Sequence record: SRR2962707_3387
Reading direction: 5' to 3' (one strand)
Length of the DNA: 64,000 nt
A program made the position numbers and the translations under genes. This document shows, piece by piece, positions 1-10,280 of the stretch. Below the pieces are notes generated by a model that had not been told where the DNA came from, ran no database searches, and saw nothing but the letters and a program-made list of their open reading frames with translations. The stretch's first letter is position 1. Every line of letters starts with the position of its first letter.

Positions 1-81
1 CCCTTGCTCCAGACTGAACAGAATGGATGTGTTGAAAAGAAGGGCAACATTGTACGGGATGGCGGGGGGAATGGCTATAAA

Positions 82-108
82 GCCCCTACCCTGCCAAAGG
101 ATAGGGGC
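82..108 (-). terminator. Probable intrinsic terminator downstream of fliS
   Basis: Minus strand GCCCCTATCCT-TTGGC-AGGGTAGGGGC stem (one G-U pair) followed by TTTAT, about 25 nt after the fliS stop. Confidence 0.5.
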
Positions 109-132
109 GCCATGGACGACAAAAGTACTGGT

Positions 133-537
133 TTAGCCAGCGGCCTGGGAGTGCTGGGTTACCACTTCTTCGCGGATGCCATCCCAACCTTCTTTGATTG
201 AACGCAAGAGCTCAGCGACCTCATCCAGTTTGGCGGGATCGTTTTTCACATTCGCCTCGAACAGAGTCCGCTCCATATAGTCGTATAGACCTTCCAGACG
301 CTCTGCAAGATCGCCACCCTTCTCGAAATCAAGGAAGCTGCGCAAGCCGCCGATGATTTCAATGGCCTTGCTGATGAGCCGGCCTTTACCCTCAATGTCA
401 TTGGCCTGCATCCGGGCCTTGGCCATATTGATCCTTTCCAGGGCACCGCTGTATAGCAGTTGGATCAGCTTGTGAGGGTCAGCGTCAGTGATGCTGGTTT
501 GAGCGTTTACCCGCTGATATGCCTGTAAACCGTTCAT
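133..537 (-). CDS. fliS: Flagellin export chaperone FliS
   Basis: 134 aa; AYQRV...ADPHKLIQLLYSGAL...KAIEIIGGL...LDFEKGG.LAERL..LYDYM...IKEGW; follows fliD. Confidence 0.96.
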   Translation of the reverse strand: MNGLQAYQRVNAQTSITDADPHKLIQLLYSGALERINMAKARMQANDIEGKGRLISKAIEIIGGLRSFLDFEKGGDLAERLEGLYDYMERTLFEANVKNDPAKLDEVAELLRSIKEGWDGIREEVVTQHSQAAG

Positions 538-570
538 AATAAACCTCTTCGTTACCGGGACTTGCCCCGC

Positions 571-2544
571 TTATCGATTACTGTTGTTCTGCGGAGCCAG
601 TGCCGCAAGCTGCTGTGTCAGGTAATCGCCTGTACTGTTGAGCTGGGAAATCAGGGAATCCGCCGCCGTGAACTGGCTGACCAGCCGCTCACGGTAGGAG
701 GCAATCCTGTCTTCCAGCCGGATCCGTTCCTCCTGAATCCGCTCAAGATCACGGCTCAGGCTATCCGTTTTTGCGTCGAGAATGCCGTCGGCACCCACAA
801 TGTCGGTGACAAGATTAACGGCCTGTTCACCAATACCTTCGATGAAATTTACCCGCCCGAGATCGCCGTCCTTATAGCCGGCAACCTGAAGCTGCATGCC
901 TTTGGCACCGCCCGCGCCAGTGACGGTCAGTACCCGGCCATCACCGGTCGCCTCCTGGCCATTGACCGTACCGGCAACGTCTTTGCCTAAGGTTCCGGTT
1001 TTGGCGGAAAGCCCGAGCGCCGCACCATTTTCCACGGACAGGATGCTGACATTTGAACTACTGCCGAATGCTCCAGAGGTAAACTGGAGTACGCCATTGC
1101 TGTCGAGCCCGACCCGCACAGACTGGCCGGCTGCATTCAAGGCCGAGTTGCTGTCGATCTGGCTCTGGATTTCGGCCACCAGGTCGGCCGCACTTGCGTA
1201 GGTTTGCTGGCTGAGCTGAATAGTAAAGTTGGTGGAACCGTCAACGGTGAACTCGATCTCGTCATTGGTACCATCAATCACCACGCCGTCGGCCAATGCC
1301 GAATCACCCAGCACGCCACCCTGAGTGGCAGCCTGGGTGATATTGATGGCGTAGTTTCCACGGGTTGTCCCGCTGCCAGAGCCAAGGAACTCAACGTCTG
1401 CGCTCGAGGTACGGCCCTGCTCGGCGAACAGCGCAGTCACGTCGTCCGGGTTCTTTTTCAGCTGCTCTTCAAACTTGGCACGATCAAAGCTCAAACCGCC
1501 GGTTTCATAGTCTGTAGTAATGCCGACATCAGCCAGTGTCCGAATACTGGCATTCTCAAGCCCTGGCACCACGCGGCCCAGAACATTGCGCAACTGCGCC
1601 TGGATTGAGCGGATGGTGGTATCACCCGAAAGAATACCGCCTTGCCCCGTCTCGGCATTAAAGCCGGACAACCCTTTGATGGTTGTCTGGAGGGCATTGA
1701 ACTTTTCAACAAACGCTCCGACACGATCCGCTACCGCACCGAAATCCTGCTCGACTTTGATGGTGGAGGTCACACCTTCTGCTTTTGCCTCAAAACTCAG
1801 GCCATCAATAACATCCGTGAAGGAGTTGGTCGAACGGGTAATCTCAATACCGTTGATCTCGACCCTCGCGTCTTTGGCAGCGATGGTCTCCTGCATGTTC
1901 TGGGTGGTGTCGTTAAACACAAACTGGGACAGACCGGCAGCGTCGTCATTGTTACCATCATCATCGGTAACCGAAACGGAAATGGCATTTGCCTCGCCGG
2001 TTTCTTCGGAAGACAATACCAGCCTGAAGCCGCTACCTGTGTCGATAACGCCAGCCGATACGCCAATGCCCGCTTCGTTGATTTCGTCCGCCAGCCCCTG
2101 CAAGGTGTTGTTAGAACCATCGATGGTGAGCGTCGCCGATTTATCACCGGAAGAAATGGTGAACGATCCGGTACCGACCGACGTAGAGTCACGGTCAGCA
2201 AACGTGGAAGACGCCAGGGACTGCGACTGCGCAAGACTCAACACATTGACGTTGTAGGTGCCACGGCTGGCCTTGGTGCTGTCTACCGTAACCGACACAT
2301 CCTCATTTGAAGAGGTTGCCGAAAAGGCTTTCAGATTGTCGGGCGCGCTCAGCTGACGCATCGGCAGCCGAAGCTCCGTGATAGCGCTCTTCAAGGTGCC
2401 ATAGGCAGAAATGAGCAACTCTGCCTTCTGGGTTCGGGTGTCGAGCCGATTCTCTGTAGGCGCACGCTCAGCTTCAACGAGCTGGTCAACCAGATCAGAG
2501 TTCAGAACTCCCGAGCCGATACCTAATGCTGAAATATTTGCCAT
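571..2544 (-). CDS. fliD: Flagellar filament cap protein FliD
   Basis: ISALGIGSG N-terminus, C-terminal RLVSQFTAADSLISQLN; start set at ATG 2544 because GAGGAGG lies 7 nt upstream. Confidence 0.95.
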   Translation of the reverse strand: MANISALGIGSGVLNSDLVDQLVEAERAPTENRLDTRTQKAELLISAYGTLKSAITELRLPMRQLSAPDNLKAFSATSSNEDVSVTVDSTKASRGTYNVNVLSLAQSQSLASSTFADRDSTSVGTGSFTISSGDKSATLTIDGSNNTLQGLADEINEAGIGVSAGVIDTGSGFRLVLSSEETGEANAISVSVTDDDGNNDDAAGLSQFVFNDTTQNMQETIAAKDARVEINGIEITRSTNSFTDVIDGLSFEAKAEGVTSTIKVEQDFGAVADRVGAFVEKFNALQTTIKGLSGFNAETGQGGILSGDTTIRSIQAQLRNVLGRVVPGLENASIRTLADVGITTDYETGGLSFDRAKFEEQLKKNPDDVTALFAEQGRTSSADVEFLGSGSGTTRGNYAINITQAATQGGVLGDSALADGVVIDGTNDEIEFTVDGSTNFTIQLSQQTYASAADLVAEIQSQIDSNSALNAAGQSVRVGLDSNGVLQFTSGAFGSSSNVSILSVENGAALGLSAKTGTLGKDVAGTVNGQEATGDGRVLTVTGAGGAKGMQLQVAGYKDGDLGRVNFIEGIGEQAVNLVTDIVGADGILDAKTDSLSRDLERIQEERIRLEDRIASYRERLVSQFTAADSLISQLNSTGDYLTQQLAALAPQNNSNR

Positions 2545-2585
2545 AACCATGCCTCCTCAAGGGGGCGCTTCGCTTACTTAGTCCT

Positions 2586-2612
2586 TTATCGGCTGCCAGC
2601 GGCAAAACTTTG
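2586..2612 (-). promoter_or_regulatory. sigma28 (FliA) promoter of fliD-fliS
   Basis: Minus strand CAAAGTTT-N11-GCCGATAA versus consensus TAAAGTTT-N11-GCCGATAA. Confidence 0.85.
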
Positions 2613-2686
2613 CCTATATTTCGGCTAACCACTACACCAATTTGTAACACCCTGTAACGAACAGTCTAGCACCGTATAAAGCAGAA

Positions 2687-2717
2687 CACCGCCGGACCCT
2701 GTCAGGGTGCGGCGGTG
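2687..2717 (-). terminator. GC-rich hairpin after flaG, probable terminator
   Basis: CACCGCCG-GACCCT-GTC-AGGGTG-CGGCGGTG inverted repeat between flaG and the fliD promoter. Confidence 0.55.
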
Positions 2718-2760
2718 CTGAAATACCGTTGTCTGGCATCCGCGTAAAAGCGGCAAGCTT

Positions 2761-3195
2761 TTACACTTTGATGTTAAACAACGTCAGCGGTTCATCCTGC
2801 TGCAATTTTTCTGCCAACCTCATTGCCACTTCGTCCGGGATCTGACGGATGACTTCCTGGGTGCTCTGATCAACCACTTTAACAATGGTCTGCCCCATCT
2901 CGTTATCCACCTCAAACTGAAGATCCCGCTGCACATTCTGCACGAAATCATTCAATTGGCTCACCGCATCATTCAATTCATCCCGCTGCGCTTCCGAACG
3001 AGCCTGAAGCTTCTCGGCTCTGGATGTCTCAGTCGCGGCCTGCGGGCTCTGAATGGCTGAGCCACTCGAACCTGAAGCAGCAAGGTCAGGGGCTTTTCCG
3101 CCCTCGGCCTGAGATGACGACAGTGCCTTCCCCGGAGCCTGGGCGTTGGAACGCACCAGCTTGAGATCCGGGTTATTCAGGTTAACGTCATTCAT
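2761..3195 (-). CDS. flaG: Flagellar protein FlaG
   Basis: LNDFVQNVQRDLQFEVD...IVKVVD..T.EVIRQIP.E motif; lies between fliC and fliD. Confidence 0.95.
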   Translation of the reverse strand: MNDVNLNNPDLKLVRSNAQAPGKALSSSQAEGGKAPDLAASGSSGSAIQSPQAATETSRAEKLQARSEAQRDELNDAVSQLNDFVQNVQRDLQFEVDNEMGQTIVKVVDQSTQEVIRQIPDEVAMRLAEKLQQDEPLTLFNIKV

Positions 3196-3228
3196 AGCTT
3201 TACCTCGCTATTCCTCTAACGGCGTAAA

Positions 3229-3250
3229 GCCGGAACCCGAAGGTTCCGGC
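3229..3250 (-). terminator. UUCG-tetraloop hairpin between fliC1 and flaG (leaky terminator or mRNA stabiliser)
   Basis: Minus strand GCCGGAACC-TTCG-GGTTCCGGC followed by TTTAC. Confidence 0.65.
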
Positions 3251-3266
3251 CGTTACCGCCAAGCCC

Positions 3267-4754
3267 TTACTGCAGCAGAGACAGAACCTGCTGAGGACGG
3301 GCGTTCGCCTGAGCCAGGACGGAGATACCGGCCTGCTGCAGCACCTGGGCCTTGGACAGCTTGGCTGTCTCAGCCGCGAAGTCCGCGTCCAGAATCCGGC
3401 TCTGAGCGGCGCTCAGGTTGGTGCTGGTGGACTCCAGGTTGGAGATGGTGCTTTCGAAGCGGCTCTGGATCGCACCAAACTTCGCACGCTGGGAGTTGAT
3501 GGTGTTCAGTGCCGCGTCTACGGTCTTCAGGGCCTGGGTCGCACTCTCGAAAGAGGAGATGTCCAGATCAGACACCTTGCGCAACTCAGAACCAGTATCC
3601 GCGAAGGCATTAGAGCTTGTGACATCGACCGCGAAGGAGCGATCAGAATCCAGCTGCAGATAGCCACTGGTTGCCACATCTTCAGCGGTGGTGTCCGCAG
3701 TCAGGGTTGCCGCAGCACCGGCATCCTGGAGCGCACCCTCGTCATCGCGGTACTGCTTGGTAATAGTCACGTTACCGGCGTTCTGCACCCCAGTATCGCC
3801 AACCACGATATCCGCACCCGTTTCGTTGGTCAGGACGATGGAAGCACCATCCTCGGCAACTTCTGCGGTGATACCGGTCTTGGAAGACTGGTCATTGATC
3901 GCCGCTACCGCAGCAGACAGAGAATCCTGGCCGCTGGTTGCGTCAATGGTGAAGGACACAGACTGAGCTTCGCTGTTGTCCGCAGTCAGATTCAGGGTAT
4001 AGCTACCAGAAGCTGCAAAGGCCAGATCCACTTCGGTACGGGCCGTGGCGGTTACGCCAGTGTCTGCAGTCTTGGAGTTGATATCAGCAGCGATATCCTT
4101 GGATGTCGCGTTGGCCGCAACGCTGATGGTTTCTGAACCCAGGTAGCCGTTGATGGCCACAGAACCGGAAGACACACCATTCACCGCGCCACCACCAGAA
4201 GCGGCTGTGCCAGCTGCTGCACCGCTCGCGATCACCTGGTTGTTACCGTACTTGTCGGTACGCAGGTTGGAGGTAGAGGCAGAAATAGTTTCGTTGGCGT
4301 TGGCACCAACCTGGAACTGGGCGGAGCCGAAAGTACCGTCGAAGAGCTTCTGGCCGTTGAAGTTGGTAGTTGTTGCAATACGATCCAACTCAGAAACCAA
4401 CTGGTTTACTTCGTCCTGCAGAGCCTGACGATCAGAGGAAGAGTTGGAAGCGTTAGCAGACTGAACCGCCAGCTCACGAACACGCTGCAGGATGTTACCT
4501 GCCTCGCCCAAGGCACCTTCTGCGGTCTGCGCCAGAGAGATACCGTCGTTGGCGTTACGGGTTGCCTGGTTCAGACCACGGATCTGAGCTTCGAAGCGGT
4601 TGGAAATCGCCAGACCGGCCGCGTCGTCTTTGGCAGAGTTAATGCGCAGACCTGAGGACAAACGCTCCAGAGCCTGATTGGACTGGTTCTGGGATTTGTT
4701 CAGCTGGTTCTGAGCGGACAATGAAGCAACGTTAGTGTTAATACCGAGAGCCAT
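3267..4754 (-). CDS. fliC: Flagellin 1 (probably major flagellin)
   Basis: 495 aa; [33 protein letters not shown]-terminal [25 protein letters not shown]. Confidence 0.98.
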   Translation of the reverse strand: MALGINTNVASLSAQNQLNKSQNQSNQALERLSSGLRINSAKDDAAGLAISNRFEAQIRGLNQATRNANDGISLAQTAEGALGEAGNILQRVRELAVQSANASNSSSDRQALQDEVNQLVSELDRIATTTNFNGQKLFDGTFGSAQFQVGANANETISASTSNLRTDKYGNNQVIASGAAAGTAASGGGAVNGVSSGSVAINGYLGSETISVAANATSKDIAADINSKTADTGVTATARTEVDLAFAASGSYTLNLTADNSEAQSVSFTIDATSGQDSLSAAVAAINDQSSKTGITAEVAEDGASIVLTNETGADIVVGDTGVQNAGNVTITKQYRDDEGALQDAGAAATLTADTTAEDVATSGYLQLDSDRSFAVDVTSSNAFADTGSELRKVSDLDISSFESATQALKTVDAALNTINSQRAKFGAIQSRFESTISNLESTSTNLSAAQSRILDADFAAETAKLSKAQVLQQAGISVLAQANARPQQVLSLLQ

Positions 4755-4839
4755 AATGCTTCTCCTTCGACTGATGTCGTTTTCTCTTGAAACGGTCTGG
4801 CGCCCGATTCAAGTTTGGAGCGCCGCCCTGTTATTCCAC

Positions 4840-4866
4840 TTAACGGCACGCTCAGACTCTCCTTTA
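4840..4866 (-). promoter_or_regulatory. sigma28 promoter of flagellin 1
   Basis: Minus strand TAAA-N15-GCCGTTAA, about 85 nt upstream of the ATG. Confidence 0.85.
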
Positions 4867-4904
4867 GAAAAAATTTCGCTTCTTTTGTAAAAAAATGTAA
4901 GACA

Positions 4905-7900
4905 TCAGAATTTAGTCCAGGCATTCAGCCAGAGCGTCAGATTGTCGCCTGACAGCATCCACTTTTCACGCACACTCTGCTTGAGCTTGTCACCCGCCCG
5001 GGCGGTCGCTTTCATATCCGAAAGATGCATTCGAATAGCATCGACCCAATCCTTGAAGCGGTTCTTTACGAGCGTGACCGGCAATCCGTGTGCCCGATAC
5101 GGTTCGACATCGCTGCACACCACAGGATAACCACAGGCACCGTACTCCAGCAGTCTCAGGTTACTCTTGCAACGATTGAACAGGTTGTCTTCCAGTGGCG
5201 CTATAGCCAGATCCAGATTCAAACTGGCCAGCTTTTGCGGATACCGCGAAATCTCGATCCCCTCATGAACCTCTGCGACAAATGGACGAAGCTTGTCCGG
5301 GCACATGCCAAAAAACACCCACTCGACCTCATCAGCCAGTTCCTGCACAACCGCTTCAACCAGTTCGAGGTCACCGGTATGCCCCATACCACCGGCCCAG
5401 CCCACCCTGGGCTTTTCGGACTGGCGCCTCAGGCTTTCCAGATCTCCCCACCACGCCACCGGCAAACAGTTTTCAACCACCTGGATATCCGGGTGCAATC
5501 CGGAAAATGCCTCTGCCAGCGGGTAAGTTGAAACAACAAACCGATCCACATACTTCAAGGAACGACGCAAGGACTTCAATATATCCTTTGGCATGTTTTC
5601 CCGGTACGCACTTTTGATCGGCAAATTCGGTAAATAGTCGTCGAGCTCGAAGACTGTCGGCTTCTTCAGTATCCGACGGGCTGATTGCATGTGCTCCACA
5701 GCCTGATCGGTGATCTGTCGCTGATACACCAGGACATCGGGATCCAACCGGGCCATTTCAGCAATGCTAAGCCAGTCAAAATCCGCCATGCCGCCTGCTA
5801 CGGCTTCTTCTTTCATGGCCAGTAACGGCTGCATGATCCGGTAGTGACCACAGCCCCAGGGATCCGCAGGGTGAGCAAGAATGGTGGAGAGTCCCAGGGC
5901 CTTCTGGGGCTGCCAGTTCAGCTCCACACGATGATCCACCTCAAATCCATTCGCTCTCAACGACAGGTTTCTGTTGAAAGCGGGGTCGTTGCCCATGTAG
6001 GGCAACCAGCGTTGAAACATCGCTTCCTGCTCTTTCTGAAAGCGACGAACCTTGTGCTCGTCGGCTGTTTTATCGACCGAGGTCTGACTGGCATTGGCAA
6101 CATGCATCACCAGCGCATGGGGGGTCCAAACGCTCAGATAACCGGCCTGAGCCACTTTCAGACAGAAATCGATATCGTTGTAGGAGACGGCAAAGGCCTC
6201 CTCGTCCAATCCACCGACCTGCTCGTAAACTGATTTTCTGACCAGCATGCAGGCGCCAGTCACAGCCGAGTAATTCTGGTCGACCATGAGTCGGTTCATA
6301 TAACCGGGGTCATTGGCCTCTGCATCAATACAAATGTGCTCAGCCGGCCCCCGCATGCCCACGACAACGCCAGCGTGTTGAACCTTGCCGTTGGGGAACA
6401 ACAACTTGGCGCCAACAATGCCCACTTCCGGTCTTTGAGCATGGTTCATCAAGGCGTCGAGCCAGTCCTCCTTTATGATTCCTGTGTCGTTATTGAGCAG
6501 CAGAACGTAGTCTCCCCGGCTTTGCGTTACCGCAAAATTGTTGATTGCCGAGAAATTAAAGGGCTTCGGGTAACGAAGCACGCGAAGGTTGGGCAGGCCC
6601 ATACTGTTGAGGCCATCAAGCCACGCGCGCGCTTCAGGCGTTTCGCTGTTGTTGTCCACCACCAGAATTTCGTAATTCGGGTAGGCGGTCTTTTCGAGAA
6701 TAGATTCCACACAGGTTTGCAGCAGATGTAGCTGGTCCTTGGTAGGAATAATGATCGACACAAGGGGCGCGCCGGCATGGGGGTAGCGAACCCGCAGACT
6801 GCTTGAGGTCAAGCCCGGCTCAATTCCGGCACCAGCATACCCTCGGCGTTCCAGATGACTTCGGATCACTGGTACGTATGCGGCCAGGTCGAACGTCTGC
6901 GTACCCGCGTGCAGCAGAAACAGGGGCTCGTCGGTACGGCCGATACAACCGAAACCCCGCTCTTCTATAAGGCGCAGGATGTAACCCAGCTCAAAAGCAC
7001 TGTCATCATTCTTGCTGAACCCTCCAAGCTCGACCAGCGGTGCCCGGCGAAACAGCCAATGCCTGGACATATCGGCCGGCGAACTGAGCAACATATCGAG
7101 GTTCAGGCCTGGTCGGAAATAGCCGCTTTCGGTCTTGCCATTGTGTTCGACCAGCTCATCACCATAGGCGGCATCCAGCGCTGCACCAGAAGACTCAAGC
7201 TCAGCCAACAACAGTACCAGGCCCGCCGGGGTCAACTCGGAAGGCGTTCTGGCCACCACCAACCAGTCACTCTTGAGATCAGAGGCAGCCGCTTCGTTAA
7301 GCACCGAGATCAGGTCTGAACGATCGTATTCGGCAAAGGAAACGTCCTGAAAAAGCTCCTTCCGGTAGAACGACTCATCCGGGGTGAGCACCAGACAAGA
7401 CAGTGAGGGGCAGTAGTAGCGAGCGATCCTGAATGCCAGTACAGAAATATTGAGGTTGTAATCCTCCGGCTTTTCATCGATCAGAACCAGGCACAGGGAT
7501 TGTCGTGCCGCGGTTGTCTCCAGACGTTTGGCCAGAGGAATGGACAACTCACGCTGCCCGTACCAGTTATCGAGACTTATCACGCCGCCTGGGCGACCAC
7601 ACTCTTCGGTACGTCGCTCAAGGTCGGAAAAGGACATCAAACCAGCGTCATCAATACCTCCGGCTTTTTGGTAAAAGCCCTTGAAATCGACTTTCTGGAA
7701 GTTGCTGCTTTGATCCCAAAGAGGTTTGGCCTGAACTTGCCCTTCCGGCTTTATCTCCCCGCCCAGCATTGCGTCCAACTGGGCCAGGAAGGCTTTGCGG
7801 CCATTTTCACCGAGTGTCTGAGCGCTTGCGTGGCGTTGATTCTGACCAGCGTGAATGCGGAAACAGGATAAATGCTCCTGCACGTACCCAAGATCACCCA

Positions 7901-8528
7901 CCATCAATAACCGGGCATAAACAGCCAGGTCGTTGACCGATGTGATCAGGCGATTGTTCAGGGCGCTCAAATGGGGATACGCGCCCAGCAGGTCTCTTCG
8001 GCGAACCATGATAGTACTGGGCTCACCAATGAAATTGATTGGAAACACCCGGAAAAACTCGAGCACGTCTTTTCCAAGTAACCGCGCGTCTTCGCGGACC
8101 GGCATAAGGTTAAAGAGCCGATCCTGAAGCGCATTGCCGGAGTCATCAATCAGCTTCCGCCGGGAGGTAGCCAGAATAACGCCCGGCTGCTCCAGCGCCG
8201 ACCTGAGTCTGACCACGCAGTTTTCCGCCAGCACGTCATCGTCATTGAGGAACTTGATGTAACGCCCACGGCTGAGACGAACGCCGTAATCCATTCCGAC
8301 AAGGCCACCCAATTGTGTTGCGGACTTGATGTAGCGGATGCGAGCGTCATCATAACCAGCGACGACATCAGCCACCGAGTTATCGGCACAGTCATCCATC
8401 ACCAGGATTTCGAAGCCCTCAACGTCTTTCTGAGCGTAGATGGAATCAATGGCCTCTCGCAGAAACCTGGCCTTGAAAGCCGTGATGATAAAACTTACGG
8501 CCAGGGTTTCGTTTTGCTGATCTGTCAT
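4905..8528 (-). CDS. Multi-domain flagellin glycosyltransferase (FgtA/Fgt1-like; GT2 domains plus C-terminal GT-B domain)
   Basis: 1207 aa; N-terminal GT2 (MDDC, FLNDDD), central GT2 (VSIIIPTKD, VVDNNS, LLNNDT, AVTGAC, YNDIDFC), C-terminal KSNLRLLEYGACG; directly upstream of fliC as in Pseudomonas glycosylation islands. Confidence 0.88.
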   Translation of the reverse strand: MTDQQNETLAVSFIITAFKARFLREAIDSIYAQKDVEGFEILVMDDCADNSVADVVAGYDDARIRYIKSATQLGGLVGMDYGVRLSRGRYIKFLNDDDVLAENCVVRLRSALEQPGVILATSRRKLIDDSGNALQDRLFNLMPVREDARLLGKDVLEFFRVFPINFIGEPSTIMVRRRDLLGAYPHLSALNNRLITSVNDLAVYARLLMVGDLGYVQEHLSCFRIHAGQNQRHASAQTLGENGRKAFLAQLDAMLGGEIKPEGQVQAKPLWDQSSNFQKVDFKGFYQKAGGIDDAGLMSFSDLERRTEECGRPGGVISLDNWYGQRELSIPLAKRLETTAARQSLCLVLIDEKPEDYNLNISVLAFRIARYYCPSLSCLVLTPDESFYRKELFQDVSFAEYDRSDLISVLNEAAASDLKSDWLVVARTPSELTPAGLVLLLAELESSGAALDAAYGDELVEHNGKTESGYFRPGLNLDMLLSSPADMSRHWLFRRAPLVELGGFSKNDDSAFELGYILRLIEERGFGCIGRTDEPLFLLHAGTQTFDLAAYVPVIRSHLERRGYAGAGIEPGLTSSSLRVRYPHAGAPLVSIIIPTKDQLHLLQTCVESILEKTAYPNYEILVVDNNSETPEARAWLDGLNSMGLPNLRVLRYPKPFNFSAINNFAVTQSRGDYVLLLNNDTGIIKEDWLDALMNHAQRPEVGIVGAKLLFPNGKVQHAGVVVGMRGPAEHICIDAEANDPGYMNRLMVDQNYSAVTGACMLVRKSVYEQVGGLDEEAFAVSYNDIDFCLKVAQAGYLSVWTPHALVMHVANASQTSVDKTADEHKVRRFQKEQEAMFQRWLPYMGNDPAFNRNLSLRANGFEVDHRVELNWQPQKALGLSTILAHPADPWGCGHYRIMQPLLAMKEEAVAGGMADFDWLSIAEMARLDPDVLVYQRQITDQAVEHMQSARRILKKPTVFELDDYLPNLPIKSAYRENMPKDILKSLRRSLKYVDRFVVSTYPLAEAFSGLHPDIQVVENCLPVAWWGDLESLRRQSEKPRVGWAGGMGHTGDLELVEAVVQELADEVEWVFFGMCPDKLRPFVAEVHEGIEISRYPQKLASLNLDLAIAPLEDNLFNRCKSNLRLLEYGACGYPVVCSDVEPYRAHGLPVTLVKNRFKDWVDAIRMHLSDMKATARAGDKLKQSVREKWMLSGDNLTLWLNAWTKF

Positions 8529-9580
8529 TGGTCACTCTTTTCGGGTTTGGTTACAACGTAAAGAACGCTTTCTTTCTTCAGGCCAAGCGACTGGTAAACG
8601 GCAGCACCAAAATACCCGACATCCAGCAGTTGCAACCTGAACCCCGCGTTCTGTACCCGGGAGACATAGCCCGCCCGGTTATACAGACGAACATGATCGC
8701 CCTGACCAAAGCGCCGCCACCTCTCGGCTTCCCGCTCCTCACCCGGGTCCTCATCAATCTCGTCAAGGTCACAGATAATCGGCACCATCAACAGCGCACT
8801 GCAACCCGGCCTCAGAACGCGAAACAACTCTGACAATGCTTTGGCATCGTCCTGAACGTGCTCCAGAACATGACTGCACACGAAAAAGTCCAGGCTGTTC
8901 GCATCAAAAGGCAGGTCCATCAGATCGACCCTGTGATCCACTCCCTGCATGGCGAAATCCGCCGTCTGGTAATCGGCGAAGCCAATCTGTTTTAACCAGC
9001 GAGAGAAACCCGGTTCCGGCGCGAAATGCATGACGCTGGCATCACGGGACAATTCACCTCGACATAAAAGGGCAGACAGCCAGTACGCATAAAGACGCTC
9101 CCGGTCCGACGCACCGCAAGACGCACAGGTATAGGAATCGTGGGCTGTCATTTCACCCTGGCCAAAATATTTGAAGCCATTGTCCTCGGCATGCTTCCGG
9201 TAGAACTCCGGAAGCGCGTGGAACCCCTGGTTAACGGCATTACACAGGGGGCAATAGCTTTTAGAAAGGTGACGCGCGATCACCTGCTCCGGCGGAATCA
9301 CCGGTGCTTTAGCCGCGCCACGCTCCTTCATGACTTCAACCAGGTTGTCGAGGATCAGGCGAGACGTGTTTGCCTGCAACTCTGACGCTTCTCGGAACTT
9401 ATTGATGGCTGATTCGAAGTCACCATGTTTGAACTGCGCCACCGCGATGTCATTTGACAACGCATCGTAGCTTCCGATGACCGACTCAACCTGCAAAAGA
9501 AGTTCTGCAGCGCGCTTATAGTTGCCAGCTCCGAACTCGCTGTAGGCGCTGGCCTTCAATTGTTCTATTTCAGCGCTCAT
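8525..9580 (-). CDS. TPR-containing class I SAM-dependent methyltransferase
   Basis: N-terminal TPR-like helices, CPLC...CASC, HFAPE, CSHVLEHV.DD..AL.EL.RVLRPG. Confidence 0.8.
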   Translation of the reverse strand: MSAEIEQLKASAYSEFGAGNYKRAAELLLQVESVIGSYDALSNDIAVAQFKHGDFESAINKFREASELQANTSRLILDNLVEVMKERGAAKAPVIPPEQVIARHLSKSYCPLCNAVNQGFHALPEFYRKHAEDNGFKYFGQGEMTAHDSYTCASCGASDRERLYAYWLSALLCRGELSRDASVMHFAPEPGFSRWLKQIGFADYQTADFAMQGVDHRVDLMDLPFDANSLDFFVCSHVLEHVQDDAKALSELFRVLRPGCSALLMVPIICDLDEIDEDPGEEREAERWRRFGQGDHVRLYNRAGYVSRVQNAGFRLQLLDVGYFGAAVYQSLGLKKESVLYVVTKPEKSDQ

Positions 9581-9608
9581 GTCTTACCTCTAGTAATCTT
9601 TGTGGCGG

Positions 9609-10280
9609 CTATGACCAGCCAAGGGAATTTGCCAGATAATCCAGAACCGTTCCGGCCTGTGCTTCCGAATATCGACCGTTGCAAGTGACAAACACCGGTA
9701 CCTGTTTGCGAACACCGTAACTGCTACGAACGTTGCGGGCTCTCTCCGCGAGCTCGTCAGAGTTAAACAGTAATACCGCGCCACCGTGCCTTGTTGGTAA
9801 CTCCAGCAGGACTGGCTCAGGAAAGCCATCGGAAATCCCCTGCTCCGGGCGGTCGCTTGACCAGTCCGGATAATGGACGACAAGCTGCTGCTGGCCCTGA
9901 CCAACCGCTGCACAGTTCAAGTCGCGTTCCTCCCTGAGCGTCCGAAACAGGACATCGGTGCCCTGAACAACACTGTCGGGGTTATCCAGAGCATGAACTG
10001 AAAGACCACTGAACGCCCCTACGTGTACCAGGCACGGATCTTCATCCCCGGGGTAATAGACCAGGCGTGAATGCTGCCTTGTTCGCAACGCAATCAGGGC
10101 CACCAGAAGTCCCAGCTCCAGGCTTCCGACCAACACCGCGTGTCGGGCTCCCATGTGTTCTTCCAGTGTCTGCTCCAGTGCACGGGCAAGAGGCCCATGG
10201 TTCGTAAAATAGCGGTTGGCCAGAATATCGGAAACCACTTTACGGGCATTGTATTCAGCCATCACAACTCCCGGGGACAT
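9609..10280 (-). CDS. Truncated DegT-family aminotransferase-like protein lacking the catalytic Lys
   Basis: 223 aa; YFTNHGPLARALE and NGRYSEAQAG align to the DegT family, but the SFHxxK motif and C-terminal domain are absent. Confidence 0.65.
   Translation of the reverse strand: MSPGVVMAEYNARKVVSDILANRYFTNHGPLARALEQTLEEHMGARHAVLVGSLELGLLVALIALRTRQHSRLVYYPGDEDPCLVHVGAFSGLSVHALDNPDSVVQGTDVLFRTLREERDLNCAAVGQGQQQLVVHYPDWSSDRPEQGISDGFPEPVLLELPTRHGGAVLLFNSDELAERARNVRSSYGVRKQVPVFVTCNGRYSEAQAGTVLDYLANSLGWS

Noticed and set aside
9609-10280. Calling the 223-aa DegT-like ORF a pseudogene
   Set aside because: No frameshift or remnant of the missing part seen, it is tightly packed in the operon and keeps specific motifs; reported as a finding instead
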